34,342 nucleotides of DNA from a virus (taxonomy: Duplodnaviria; Caudoviricetes): the IMG/VR virus record IMGVR_UViG_3300020045_003928, positions 1-34,342 of that record; one strand, 5' to 3'. The position numbers were made by a program, and so were the translations under genes. The stretch's first letter is position 1, and each line of letters starts with the position of its first letter. The notes under the pieces were generated by a model. It was not told where the DNA came from. It made no database searches and saw nothing but the letters and a program-made list of their open reading frames with translations. Below, in pieces: positions 25,400 through 33,843 of the stretch.

Positions 25400-26772
25400 T
25401 ATAGACTATTTGCATTATCAATTACGCCTGCGCTAACATCGTCAATCCTTTGCACATTTGTCGGCATCCATACAATATCCATTCCGTCATCGTCTTTTGT
25501 TTCGTATTTGAACACAATTCTTTTTTCGTTAGGTGTTAACGGTATTAAATTTAATGCTTCAGCTTGCATTTTCATGTCTGTTTGCATTTCTGGCAATTCT
25601 GTTACATCCCATTCAATTACTGCATTTTCATAACCTTTAAAGCGTGGAATAAAATCCTTATTTAATGCATTTTGTAGTAGTACTAAATCAGGTTGAATAT
25701 CGTCTGTAATAAGCTGTTTTCTCGCTTCTTTTGTATCTGTAGAGCCTAAACTTGCTTTACCGTCACTATTAAGCAATTCGTCAGGAAAATTTAATACATT
25801 ACATATTGTTTTTCTGTCCCAATTTAAGAAGTCAAAAGGCTTTAATTCGTCAGTTGTTAATGATATTCTTTGAAATCCAACCTCACCACTTGCTCCTGCT
25901 ATTTTGCCTAAACGTTCGGGGCTTTTGTCCATTTCTTGCAAACGTTCTTTCATTGATTGCGCTTGCTCTGTAGTCCAAGGTGTTCCCTTGCCATAAACAA
26001 AACCAAACGCACCGCTTGATTGTAACATCTTAATATTATTATCAATAGCACTATTTTGGCTATTAATATTTCTTAATGCAGAACGCAAAGGACTCATTCC
26101 GTAAAGGTGTGAACCCTGCATGTCGAAGTTAGGATTGGAATACTTAATATGAATCACGTCTTTTTCATCAAAATCAACATATTTATTTCCTTCTATTAAA
26201 ACATAATGGTCAATAGGGCTTTCAACTGTCAACATTGAAGCGTCTTTCTTTAATACTATCTCAATTAAATGTGCTGGCAATACGTAAACTTGAATAGGTA
26301 TTCCAGCATTAATTCCATCCTCAGGACTCATAAGATAAATATAACAGTTCCCTGTTATCTTCATGTATGTTTTATATAATCCGAATATATCCGCCCAAGT
26401 TTGAGTTGGATTAGGTTGTTCTAATGGGAAGTTCGTTTCTTCCTCAGAATAAGCCTTATTTTGAAGTTTTATCTTTTGGATAAATTGCGATAAATTTAAA
26501 TTTCCTTTCGTTGCAAGTTCTAACTGATTAAGTTTTGAATATGATTTTTTATCTTCAATTTGTTTAATGTAATAAGGAACAGAAACCGTCTTAACCGTCT
26601 GTTTATTAATAATCGCATAAACATCAGGGTTAGTATTATACCCTTTTTCTAAGTATGTTTTATTGTTAGTATCGTAACTTGTATAGCCACCTCCTAATAA
26701 TTGATAAAACGCTTTGTTAAAATCGTTATCTATATCTCGTATTCCTAAAAGTCTTTGAATAAAATTTGCCAT
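25399..26772 (-). CDS. Portal protein, HK97 family
   Basis: GNCYIYL, VIHIK, YGMSPL, LTPNEKR motifs; synteny. Confidence 0.92.
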   Translation of the reverse strand: MANFIQRLLGIRDIDNDFNKAFYQLLGGGYTSYDTNNKTYLEKGYNTNPDVYAIINKQTVKTVSVPYYIKQIEDKKSYSKLNQLELATKGNLNLSQFIQKIKLQNKAYSEEETNFPLEQPNPTQTWADIFGLYKTYMKITGNCYIYLMSPEDGINAGIPIQVYVLPAHLIEIVLKKDASMLTVESPIDHYVLIEGNKYVDFDEKDVIHIKYSNPNFDMQGSHLYGMSPLRSALRNINSQNSAIDNNIKMLQSSGAFGFVYGKGTPWTTEQAQSMKERLQEMDKSPERLGKIAGASGEVGFQRISLTTDELKPFDFLNWDRKTICNVLNFPDELLNSDGKASLGSTDTKEARKQLITDDIQPDLVLLQNALNKDFIPRFKGYENAVIEWDVTELPEMQTDMKMQAEALNLIPLTPNEKRIVFKYETKDDDGMDIVWMPTNVQRIDDVSAGVIDNANSL

Positions 26773-26776
26773 ATGC

Positions 26777-26784
26777 CAAAATTA
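26777..26784 (-). promoter_or_regulatory. TAATTTTG 4 nt upstream of the portal ATG (leaderless candidate)
   Basis: TAATTTTG-GCAT-ATG. Confidence 0.55.
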
Positions 26785-26796
26785 ATAAAAAATATG

Positions 26797-28188
26797 TTAA
26801 AAAAAGAAAAAATTACTATCTATTAAATTTCTCTCTATGCCGTAACAAGTTAAATCTATGTGCTCATCGTGTTTTCCGTTAGGAAATATAGCTATTTGAT
26901 GCAAAAAAGCCTCATTCCAAGCTCCTTTAATTAATATAACCCTGCCGCCCTCTATAAAATGCGAACAAGCTCTCGCATTCTCTATTTTAGAACTGTTTAC
27001 AAATGTAGTTTTAATTTCTGAAATATTAACGTTTGTTTGTTGTCTAATTATCTGTACAATAGACTTTCCACTTGCTTTTGGCTCAACTAATGACATCGAC
27101 ACTTTTACACCGCTTGTATTTATATGATTAGGAATGAATTTTATCATTTCTGGCATTTCTAAATACTTATCAATACTCGATAATATCACATAGTCGTTAT
27201 TCCATTTAGCGCCTATTTGAAAACCTGACGGGTCATTCTTTGTGTCTTTCGTATAAGCCCCATCTATAAATAATTCCCATTTTAAAGTTTCTAAAGGAAC
27301 TTCGCTTTTATCTACTATTTTAAACCAATCTTTGCGCCATTCTCCGCCCTCAGCTGGCGATGGTATTTGCATATACTGACCAGCAAAATTATATCTATTA
27401 GCTTGTCTAATTTGCTCTAATTCGTTAAAATCATGTTTTTCAACCCATAAGGGATTGTTATTTTCATCTAATGCGGGTAAGCATAAATGTTCCCATTTTT
27501 CACCAGAACCTCCGTTTAAAAGAAAACCGCTTAAATCTTCCTCATGTAATCTTTGCATAATTACAATTATAGGCGTTTCTCGGTCATTTACACGACTTCT
27601 AATTGTTGAGTTATATCTTTCATTAACTGCGTTCCTTTTAGCGTCTGAATTTGCGTCATCTGGTTTTAATGGGTCGTCAATAATAATAGCCCCGCTAAAA
27701 ATTTTACTTTCAGCAACTCCTGCACCAAAACCAGTAATAGCACCACCCGAAGCGGTAGCGTAAACCCCTCCTCCATCTTCGTTAAACCATTTTTTTTTAC
27801 CTTGAGCGTCTTTTTTTAATTTCATGCCCCATAATGACTGGAAGCATTCGCTTTCAATATACTCCTTTGTTTGCGAACTATTATCTAATGCTAAATCATC
27901 CGAGTAAGACAAGTGAATAAATTTTGATGCTGAATTTTTAGCTAATGCCCAACTAATAAAACATTTAACCGCCAATTCAGTTTTTCCGTAACGTGGAGGA
28001 ATGTTTATAATCCCTCTTTTTATTTCACCGTTAAAAACCTTTGTTAAAAATTCAGCTATTAAAACGAAATGAGGCGCAACTATAAAATTGCGCCTATGAT
28101 TTTCTTTGTAAATATAACGTGTGAAAAATAATAAATCATTCTCACATTTTACTTTAATGACTTTTTGTTCGTTAGTAAGATGATTCAA
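26797..28188 (-). CDS. terL: Terminase large subunit
   Basis: PPRYGKT Walker A, IIIDDP Walker B, MQRLHEED, FPNGKHDEHID. Confidence 0.95.
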   Translation of the reverse strand: MNHLTNEQKVIKVKCENDLLFFTRYIYKENHRRNFIVAPHFVLIAEFLTKVFNGEIKRGIINIPPRYGKTELAVKCFISWALAKNSASKFIHLSYSDDLALDNSSQTKEYIESECFQSLWGMKLKKDAQGKKKWFNEDGGGVYATASGGAITGFGAGVAESKIFSGAIIIDDPLKPDDANSDAKRNAVNERYNSTIRSRVNDRETPIIVIMQRLHEEDLSGFLLNGGSGEKWEHLCLPALDENNNPLWVEKHDFNELEQIRQANRYNFAGQYMQIPSPAEGGEWRKDWFKIVDKSEVPLETLKWELFIDGAYTKDTKNDPSGFQIGAKWNNDYVILSSIDKYLEMPEMIKFIPNHINTSGVKVSMSLVEPKASGKSIVQIIRQQTNVNISEIKTTFVNSSKIENARACSHFIEGGRVILIKGAWNEAFLHQIAIFPNGKHDEHIDLTCYGIERNLIDSNFFFF

Positions 28189-28468
28189 GGTTTTTATTTA
28201 TTTTCTTAATTTCTTCGTCGTCTAAGTCTTTTACATCAACGTTTAAATTTGTCTGCTCTACTATCTGTTTAGGCATCCCGTAACGGTATTGTAGCCATGT
28301 TTTAATAGCGTTTACATCACTATCCAAAACCTTTGCGTATAGCATTTTCCAGACAGTATCTGGAATAGCAATAGCGTCCATAGTTTCAATAAGCTTTATT
28401 TCGTCAATCTTTGGTTTTCTTCCTGCGTTCTTATTTCCCCCGTTGTTTTTTCTTCCATCCATAATCAA
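28172..28468 (-). CDS. Terminase small subunit
   Basis: GGNKNAGRKP N-terminus; directly upstream of terL. Confidence 0.7.
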   Translation of the reverse strand: MIMDGRKNNGGNKNAGRKPKIDEIKLIETMDAIAIPDTVWKMLYAKVLDSDVNAIKTWLQYRYGMPKQIVEQTNLNVDVKDLDDEEIKKINKNLESSY

Positions 28469-28490
28469 ATAAAATCATTAATGATTAATA

Positions 28491-28546
28491 CAAATATAAT
28501 AAAAAACCCCTTAAAAAAGCACTAACCAAACTTTAAAAGGGGTAAA
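28491..28546 (-). terminator. Terminator closing the replication operon (28501-28546) plus promoter TATATTTG (28491-28498) for the packaging genes
   Basis: ACCCCTT...AAGGGGT stem with T-run; consensus promoter. Confidence 0.6.
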
Positions 28547-28603
28547 AATTATTAATTATGAAGTTCAAATTTAATTAATTATAATTTAAGAAACAAATTT
28601 ATA

Positions 28604-28930
28604 TCAATAAACTTTAAACTTTATATACTCATCTCCTTTTTTAACAATAGCCTTAAAAACATGCAACTCGTATATAAACCTGTCATCAACCCCGTATTTT
28701 TTTACCAAACAATCTATAAAAGATTTACAGCAATTATCTATGTCGGAAGCTTTAGAACTAAAGCCAAATTCAATCGCTAACTTAATATTTTCTTTATCTG
28801 GTATTTCTAAATTTAAAGGCAATAATAACAAGCAATTCTTTATAAATACATCATACTTAATAGTTCGTATTTTTCTCCCTCTAAAAGCTTCGTTTACGCT
28901 TAATGGTTTAATTTTTACAATATGGTTCAT
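28604..28930 (-). CDS. RusA-like Holliday junction resolvase
   Basis: PLSVN...DIDN..K...D...DDR motifs. Confidence 0.85.
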   Translation of the reverse strand: MNHIVKIKPLSVNEAFRGRKIRTIKYDVFIKNCLLLLPLNLEIPDKENIKLAIEFGFSSKASDIDNCCKSFIDCLVKKYGVDDRFIYELHVFKAIVKKGDEYIKFKVY

Positions 28931-29106
28931 ACTACATCGTGTTCTAAATTACATTTACCACAAATGAACCAAACTTTCTTTGTTTCTAAATCTTTTATTG
29001 AATAACCTTCTTCAATATTTTTTGTACTTTTACACCAATCGCATTTTTTAGTTTTAGGTGTTTTGTTTTCTTTTCTTTCTTGATTATCAATCCAACTTTC
29101 TGCCAT
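28927..29106 (-). CDS. 59-aa zinc-finger protein
   Basis: CDWC...CGKC, hand-translated; ATGA overlap. Confidence 0.65.
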   Translation of the reverse strand: MAESWIDNQERKENKTPKTKKCDWCKSTKNIEEGYSIKDLETKKVWFICGKCNLEHDVV

Positions 29107-29123
29107 AATTTTTATTTTTATAA

Positions 29124-29966
29124 TTAATAAATATCTTCAATTAAATAAGGTAAACTATCTTTATTCACATCAAAATTAAAACTATCAAACGAAACTCCCC
29201 TACTATAAGGATTTGAAACATTAATTGTTTTATCATCATTTACTTCCAGCTCGATTACGCTTTCAGCTTTCTTTAAAACATAAGTTCCCAAATGCCCTAA
29301 AGGCTTTCCTGTTGTTCCTGACTTATGAATTACAGTTGTAATGTGTATATTATAATCATAAGTCCAACGCATAAGATAATCGCTTGCTTCTTTACTCATT
29401 ACAATATCATTCGTATTTTCAACTAAATCTGCAATCCCATCGATTGAAACTAATTTTACAGGTGTTTTATAAAGCGTTGCTTGATTTTTAAGGCAGTAAT
29501 CAATAAGTTTAAGCCTTTGAGGCGATGTTAAATGTCTTGTAATGTAACATTTATAATCATCGTAGTTATCCCCAACTATCTCTATAACTCTCCTAAATGC
29601 TCTTTGCGCATAATATGCGCTCATTTCCGTATCGAAATCTAAAATAGTATATTCTTTATCTCTGTGAGATTTTATGTTTCCAAATAGTAAGTTAGATTTA
29701 CCACCAATATAGCAAGCTAAGAAAGCGGACTTTAAGAAAGACTTTTTAGCCTTAGATACTGCAATTACTGCACTAAACTCACCCGCTGTCATTATAGGCG
29801 TTGGGTAAAATTTATTCTTATATTCATGCTCCCCTATTGATAATAAAATCTCTGGTTGCAAAATCTCTTGCGATAAATCAACATAGCAATTAGGCTCTAA
29901 TGATTCTATTTTTACTTCGCAATCTTCAATGTTTACATTTTCTAACTCATCAAAATTTAAGCTCAT
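29124..29966 (-). CDS. RecA-fold AAA ATPase / helicase-like protein
   Basis: AVSKAKKS (variant Walker A), FDTEM, IDGIADL, VIH, GHLG. Confidence 0.75.
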   Translation of the reverse strand: MSLNFDELENVNIEDCEVKIESLEPNCYVDLSQEILQPEILLSIGEHEYKNKFYPTPIMTAGEFSAVIAVSKAKKSFLKSAFLACYIGGKSNLLFGNIKSHRDKEYTILDFDTEMSAYYAQRAFRRVIEIVGDNYDDYKCYITRHLTSPQRLKLIDYCLKNQATLYKTPVKLVSIDGIADLVENTNDIVMSKEASDYLMRWTYDYNIHITTVIHKSGTTGKPLGHLGTYVLKKAESVIELEVNDDKTINVSNPYSRGVSFDSFNFDVNKDSLPYLIEDIY

Positions 29967-30442
29967 GATTGTAAATTTTTTAATGCTTTCTGATAAGCGT
30001 TACTTGCCTCTAATTCAATTTTAAAACTTCCTAAATAAACATTTTTTTTATTTATAACTATGCTCGCTCTCCATCTTTTATCTCTTGTGTGCCAATAAAC
30101 ACCAGTATATTTAGAAGTTGATTTTAAATGTTTCCTGTTTGAATTTTCTCTTGGGGTTACAAGTTCTAAATTATCAACATTATTATTTTTCTTATTAAAG
30201 TCTTTATGATTAATTACTATTTTAAGTCCGCATGGCTCATGATTTAAAAATGCCATAGCTACTAATTGATGAACTTTAAATGTTTTTAATTTTCCTTTAA
30301 CAGACAATACAATAGACAAATATCCGTTATGATGCAATGAAGGCGAGAGTATTTTTTCCTTATTATTTTTAAGACTCATAACGTTTCCAAAATTACTTAC
30401 CTTATAATCTTCAAAATTATTTATTATTCTATATTCTTCCAT
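29963..30442 (-). CDS. NUMOD4-HNH-AP2 homing endonuclease
   Basis: YKVSNFG, VHQLVAMAF, INHKDFNKKNN..NLE, SKYTGV.W...YLGSF. Confidence 0.9.
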   Translation of the reverse strand: MEEYRIINNFEDYKVSNFGNVMSLKNNKEKILSPSLHHNGYLSIVLSVKGKLKTFKVHQLVAMAFLNHEPCGLKIVINHKDFNKKNNNVDNLELVTPRENSNRKHLKSTSKYTGVYWHTRDKRWRASIVINKKNVYLGSFKIELEASNAYQKALKNLQS

Positions 30443-30444
30443 AA

Positions 30445-30942
30445 TTATATATAATTTTCGGTTTCTTTTAATAAATCATTTGCGGTATTGTAAAACGATT
30501 TTTCTATACTTTCAAACGAATACTGCTTTTTTATCGTTTCAATCATTTCAATTTGATTGCTTTTTAAAATAGTTTCATTATTATTTTCTCCATGATTTAA
30601 ATGATTCAAATCTAAACCTAACGACAAAAGATAATTTTGTATTGTATTGCTATTTAAATTCGTCTTTAATATTTCTAAATGATAATTTAAAGGTTCTTTT
30701 AATATTCCATTTGTTTGACTGATTGCAGTCTTAATATCGCTACAATCATGTAAATTTTGGTTTATAACGTAGCAAAGTAGCTTAGCAAACAATAGATTAT
30801 CTACAACATACGATTTTTGCGTATAATTAAGCTCGTCATTCAATTGTTTTAACGCTTCTATATCTTGATTAAAGATTTGGCTTTTTAATCGTTTAAACGT
30901 GTTAAAAATGCGTTTTACTGAATTATCACTTTTCCAACTCAT
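30445..30942 (-). CDS. Hypothetical protein
   Basis: 165-aa ORF in the replication operon. Confidence 0.75.
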   Translation of the reverse strand: MSWKSDNSVKRIFNTFKRLKSQIFNQDIEALKQLNDELNYTQKSYVVDNLLFAKLLCYVINQNLHDCSDIKTAISQTNGILKEPLNYHLEILKTNLNSNTIQNYLLSLGLDLNHLNHGENNNETILKSNQIEMIETIKKQYSFESIEKSFYNTANDLLKETENYI

Positions 30943-31232
30943 ATTAAACTTTTTTTAGTTTTACTTTTTTGATATTCTCTAATCCAGAAACAAACCTCTT
31001 GTGTAGATAATTTAAATGTCCTACCGTATTTTCCTAAAGAACCACTTCGCAAAGCTAAAGTAATATCTTCATTTGAAACTCTCGGAAATTCACTTAAAAC
31101 ATCGCTAACTAATTTATCTAAATTAAATGGCGGTGTATTTGTTCGTTCAAACGCAATCGCTAAGCTATTTTTTAAATTAAATTCTCGGGTTGCTATTTCT
31201 GATTTCTGTTGTAAGGTTGTTAAGTTCTTCAT
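30939..31232 (-). CDS. Hypothetical protein (helicase-loader position)
   Basis: Overlaps the initiator 3' end. Confidence 0.65.
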   Translation of the reverse strand: MKNLTTLQQKSEIATREFNLKNSLAIAFERTNTPPFNLDKLVSDVLSEFPRVSNEDITLALRSGSLGKYGRTFKLSTQEVCFWIREYQKSKTKKSLI

Positions 31233-31902
31233 TTGTTTGCGGCTTATTATTAATAATTGAATCTTCCCAGCATTTACCGTTTAACCATGTTAAGGGATTT
31301 TTTCGGTATTGTATTTCGGGTGTTGAATTTACATAGTCTTTTACAACTTCTAAAATCTTATCAATATCCTTTTTTGGTAGTTTAAAGAATTTATCTCTGC
31401 ATTTTTTAGAATCATTCTTTTTATTATAAATATTCCAAAAAGTTAAAAAGTCATTTTCAAGCGATAGCGAAATAATATTTATCTTATCTTCTTTTATCTT
31501 ATCTTCTCTTATGGCATCGTTTTCGCATTGCGAAATTAACGCGGTCGCTTTGCGCTCGCTTTCATCCCTTTGTTTACGCCTCTTTTCCCAACCCTCTTTT
31601 GCGTTTTTACTGTTTTGTTTGCTTACGTCTTCAAACTCATTAAGTTGTTCTGATAAGAATTTAATAAAAATATTTGCATCAATTACCTCAATAATTTTTT
31701 CTTCGCAAAGCGGATTTAATGCGGTCGCATTGCCAGCGCATAACTTTTGTATAGCTAATTTATAAGGCACATCGCCAAGTCTTGACCAATACATACTGCA
31801 TAAATCAATAAACAATCCTTTATCTTCACGTGATAACATTTGTATATTTCCGTTTTCCCATTGGTTAGGCTCAAATTTAAAATATGGTAATTCCTTAGCC
31901 AT
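31177..31902 (-). CDS. Phage replication initiator (DUF1376/YdaU-like N-terminus)
   Basis: LPYFKF...W..G...LS...G.FI.L; C-terminal FWNIY.KK...KNPLTWLN..W.D. Confidence 0.75.
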   Translation of the reverse strand: MAKELPYFKFEPNQWENGNIQMLSREDKGLFIDLCSMYWSRLGDVPYKLAIQKLCAGNATALNPLCEEKIIEVIDANIFIKFLSEQLNEFEDVSKQNSKNAKEGWEKRRKQRDESERKATALISQCENDAIREDKIKEDKINIISLSLENDFLTFWNIYNKKNDSKKCRDKFFKLPKKDIDKILEVVKDYVNSTPEIQYRKNPLTWLNGKCWEDSIINNKPQTNEELNNLTTEIRNSNPRI

Positions 31903-32173
31903 TGCAAACCTCCTCTTTTAAGCGTAATAAGTTGTATTTTTCAATAGCTAAATCTAAATCCTTATAAGTCCATGCCCAAAGCCCAAAAGAGGCTGTTTTT
32001 GGATAACTAATGCATTCAAATTGTTTATTCTCTTTATGTTTAAAAACTTCATAATGTTGGCATCCGTCACAATCGACTTTATAAATATATGCATTATTAC
32101 TTTTTTTTATTTGGGTAAAGATAAACCCTTTAACTTCTCCTCTTCCTGTAAATTCTGTTTGTAATTCTTTCAT
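31895..32173 (-). CDS. Hypothetical protein
   Basis: 92-aa first gene after the structured leader. Confidence 0.75.
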   Translation of the reverse strand: MKELQTEFTGRGEVKGFIFTQIKKSNNAYIYKVDCDGCQHYEVFKHKENKQFECISYPKTASFGLWAWTYKDLDLAIEKYNLLRLKEEVCNG

Positions 32174-32183
32174 GTTATTATTA

Positions 32184-32448
32184 TTAAATTAGTTAAAATG
32201 CAAAAGTCCCACAAATCCACTGCTTCTCACTTCAGTTTCATTGTAGGACAATGTATAATATTAGCGTTGGTATATTGTGAGAAGCCAACTATAAAGCAAA
32301 TATATAATTTTATTCAATACCCCAATTAAAATAATCGATTTTTTTCTTTATTTCTTTAGCTTTTATTTTATCGATTTGTAATAATATACGGTATTCTTTT
32401 TCGAGTTCTTTAATATCGAAAGGTTTTTGTTTTGGTTGTTTAGACATT
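32184..32448 (+). repeat. Direct repeat block 1, copy B
   Basis: Matches 1-265. Confidence 0.97.
32310..32447 (-). CDS. 45-aa hypothetical protein, allele of 127-264
   Basis: Identical protein; promoter TATATTTG at 32486-32493. Confidence 0.75.
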   Translation of the reverse strand: MSKQPKQKPFDIKELEKEYRILLQIDKIKAKEIKKKIDYFNWGIE

Positions 32449-32615
32449 TAAAGTGTGTTTTTAGACATTTTTTAGACATTTAAAACAAATATACAAAAAA
32501 ACCACGCTACTATTATTCACGTGGTTACTTTCTCGGATTGTGTATGATTTTAAAGCAAAAAAGATTAATTAGTTTAAATTCTCCGAATGGTTAGGTTATT
32601 GATTTATTTCATTTG

Positions 32616-33248
32616 TTAGAATAATTTTTGTTGTGCTATGTGGTTATTAATACGCTCCATTGCTTTATCGAAATACTCTTTATCTAATTCACATGCTGTA
32701 AGGTCAAATCCGTAATCGTGACAGGCTATTGCTATACTTCCTGAGCCTAAATGAGTGTCGAGTATTTTATCGCCTTCTTTTGCGTAGTTTTCTAATTGCC
32801 ACTTATACAAGTTGTAAGGCTTTTCAGTTGGGTGTATTCTGTCTTGTGGCATTTGTTTACGAAATCCATTCCATGTAAACTTGTATCTTCTTACTGCAGT
32901 CTTAAAACTGCACCAAGCCAATTCACCATCAGCAAAATCGCCATATCCATCTTTATCCCAAAATAACCAACAACTTGAATTTTTGTTGATACTTTCAATA
33001 AAATGATTTGCGCCCCAAATAATCTGATTTTTACTAACTCTAAAAAGTTCGTCAAAATATTCCTTACTAGGAGTTGAATCGTCCCAATCTTTTGCGGTGT
33101 ATTTTAATTGACTTTTACCTCTTGAATGTATTTTTTTTGAACCCTCTCCAATCCCATATGGTGGGTCGACAATAGCCAAATCGAAATAGTTATCAGGATA
33201 ACGTGCCATTAACAACATATTATCTTCGTTTGTAATTGTTAAGCTCAT
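32616..33248 (-). CDS. DNA methyltransferase, N6-adenine/N4-cytosine family (beta class)
   Basis: DPPY, IIWGAN, HPTEKP, ILDTHLGSGS motifs. Confidence 0.92.
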   Translation of the reverse strand: MSLTITNEDNMLLMARYPDNYFDLAIVDPPYGIGEGSKKIHSRGKSQLKYTAKDWDDSTPSKEYFDELFRVSKNQIIWGANHFIESINKNSSCWLFWDKDGYGDFADGELAWCSFKTAVRRYKFTWNGFRKQMPQDRIHPTEKPYNLYKWQLENYAKEGDKILDTHLGSGSIAIACHDYGFDLTACELDKEYFDKAMERINNHIAQQKLF

Positions 33249-33490
33249 AATTTTTTACTATTTATTATTTTCCTATAAACTTTATTTGCAAATTCAGAGT
33301 TACACCCTCTTTTACGGTAAAATTCTAAGACTCTTTTTATTCGTGTTAAGTTACTTTGTTTTGGTTTTGTTATTTTTTTTCCGTTAAAATAATTAGATAC
33401 TATATTATTTTCCATTACAACCACTTTTAGAGATTCACACCTCATTTTATGAACTCCATTTAGTTGTCCACATTGTTTACATTTTGTCAT
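33245..33490 (-). CDS. Allele of the 1346-1591 Zn-site protein
   Basis: Near-identical 81-aa sequence. Confidence 0.8.
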   Translation of the reverse strand: MTKCKQCGQLNGVHKMRCESLKVVVMENNIVSNYFNGKKITKPKQSNLTRIKRVLEFYRKRGCNSEFANKVYRKIINSKKL

Positions 33491-33843
33491 AATAATATAT
33501 TATTAATATTAGGCAGTCCTTTTCCGTTATTTGTAATTATAGAAAATCCAGCATTTGAAGTATATCCTAAATCTTCGCTAAATCCGTTGCCTGTAAATAA
33601 GCTTCTCGCATTCATTCTAATATGGTCTACACTATCATCTTTAATGATATTGTGCTTACCCCTCATATTTACACTTAACTTTTGTATAATTGAATGCAAA
33701 TGCCCCTCTAAAATTACATTGTAAATTCCTTTTTTACCAAAGTCCCAGCAAATATCTTTAGTTGCCTTTCTTGAAATTCCTTTATGCCCGTGAAGTAAAA
33801 CATAATTTATTCCGTCAATTCGAATAGCGGCCCATTTAATCAT
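33487..33843 (-). pseudogene. C-terminal part of a metallophosphoesterase-like protein, fused to a foreign start
   Basis: LLHGH and LEGHLH motifs present; N-terminal DxH/GD/GNH motifs absent; composition changes near 33820. Confidence 0.55.

Larger units (their letters stand above)
1..32183. mobile_element. Probable complete Bacteroidota (Flavobacterium-like) siphovirus genome
   Basis: Full terminase-portal-protease-capsid-neck-tail-lysis set plus a replication module; sequence from position 1 restarts at 32184. Confidence 0.85.

Noticed and set aside
2080-33724. Plus-strand ORFs from the track lying opposite identified genes (e.g. 2080-2322, 4919-5221, 10176-10490, 12763-13095, 17844-18614, 27455-27763, 31511-31765)
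   Set aside because: Antisense shadows of well-supported minus-strand genes, mostly with TTG/GTG starts and no motifs.
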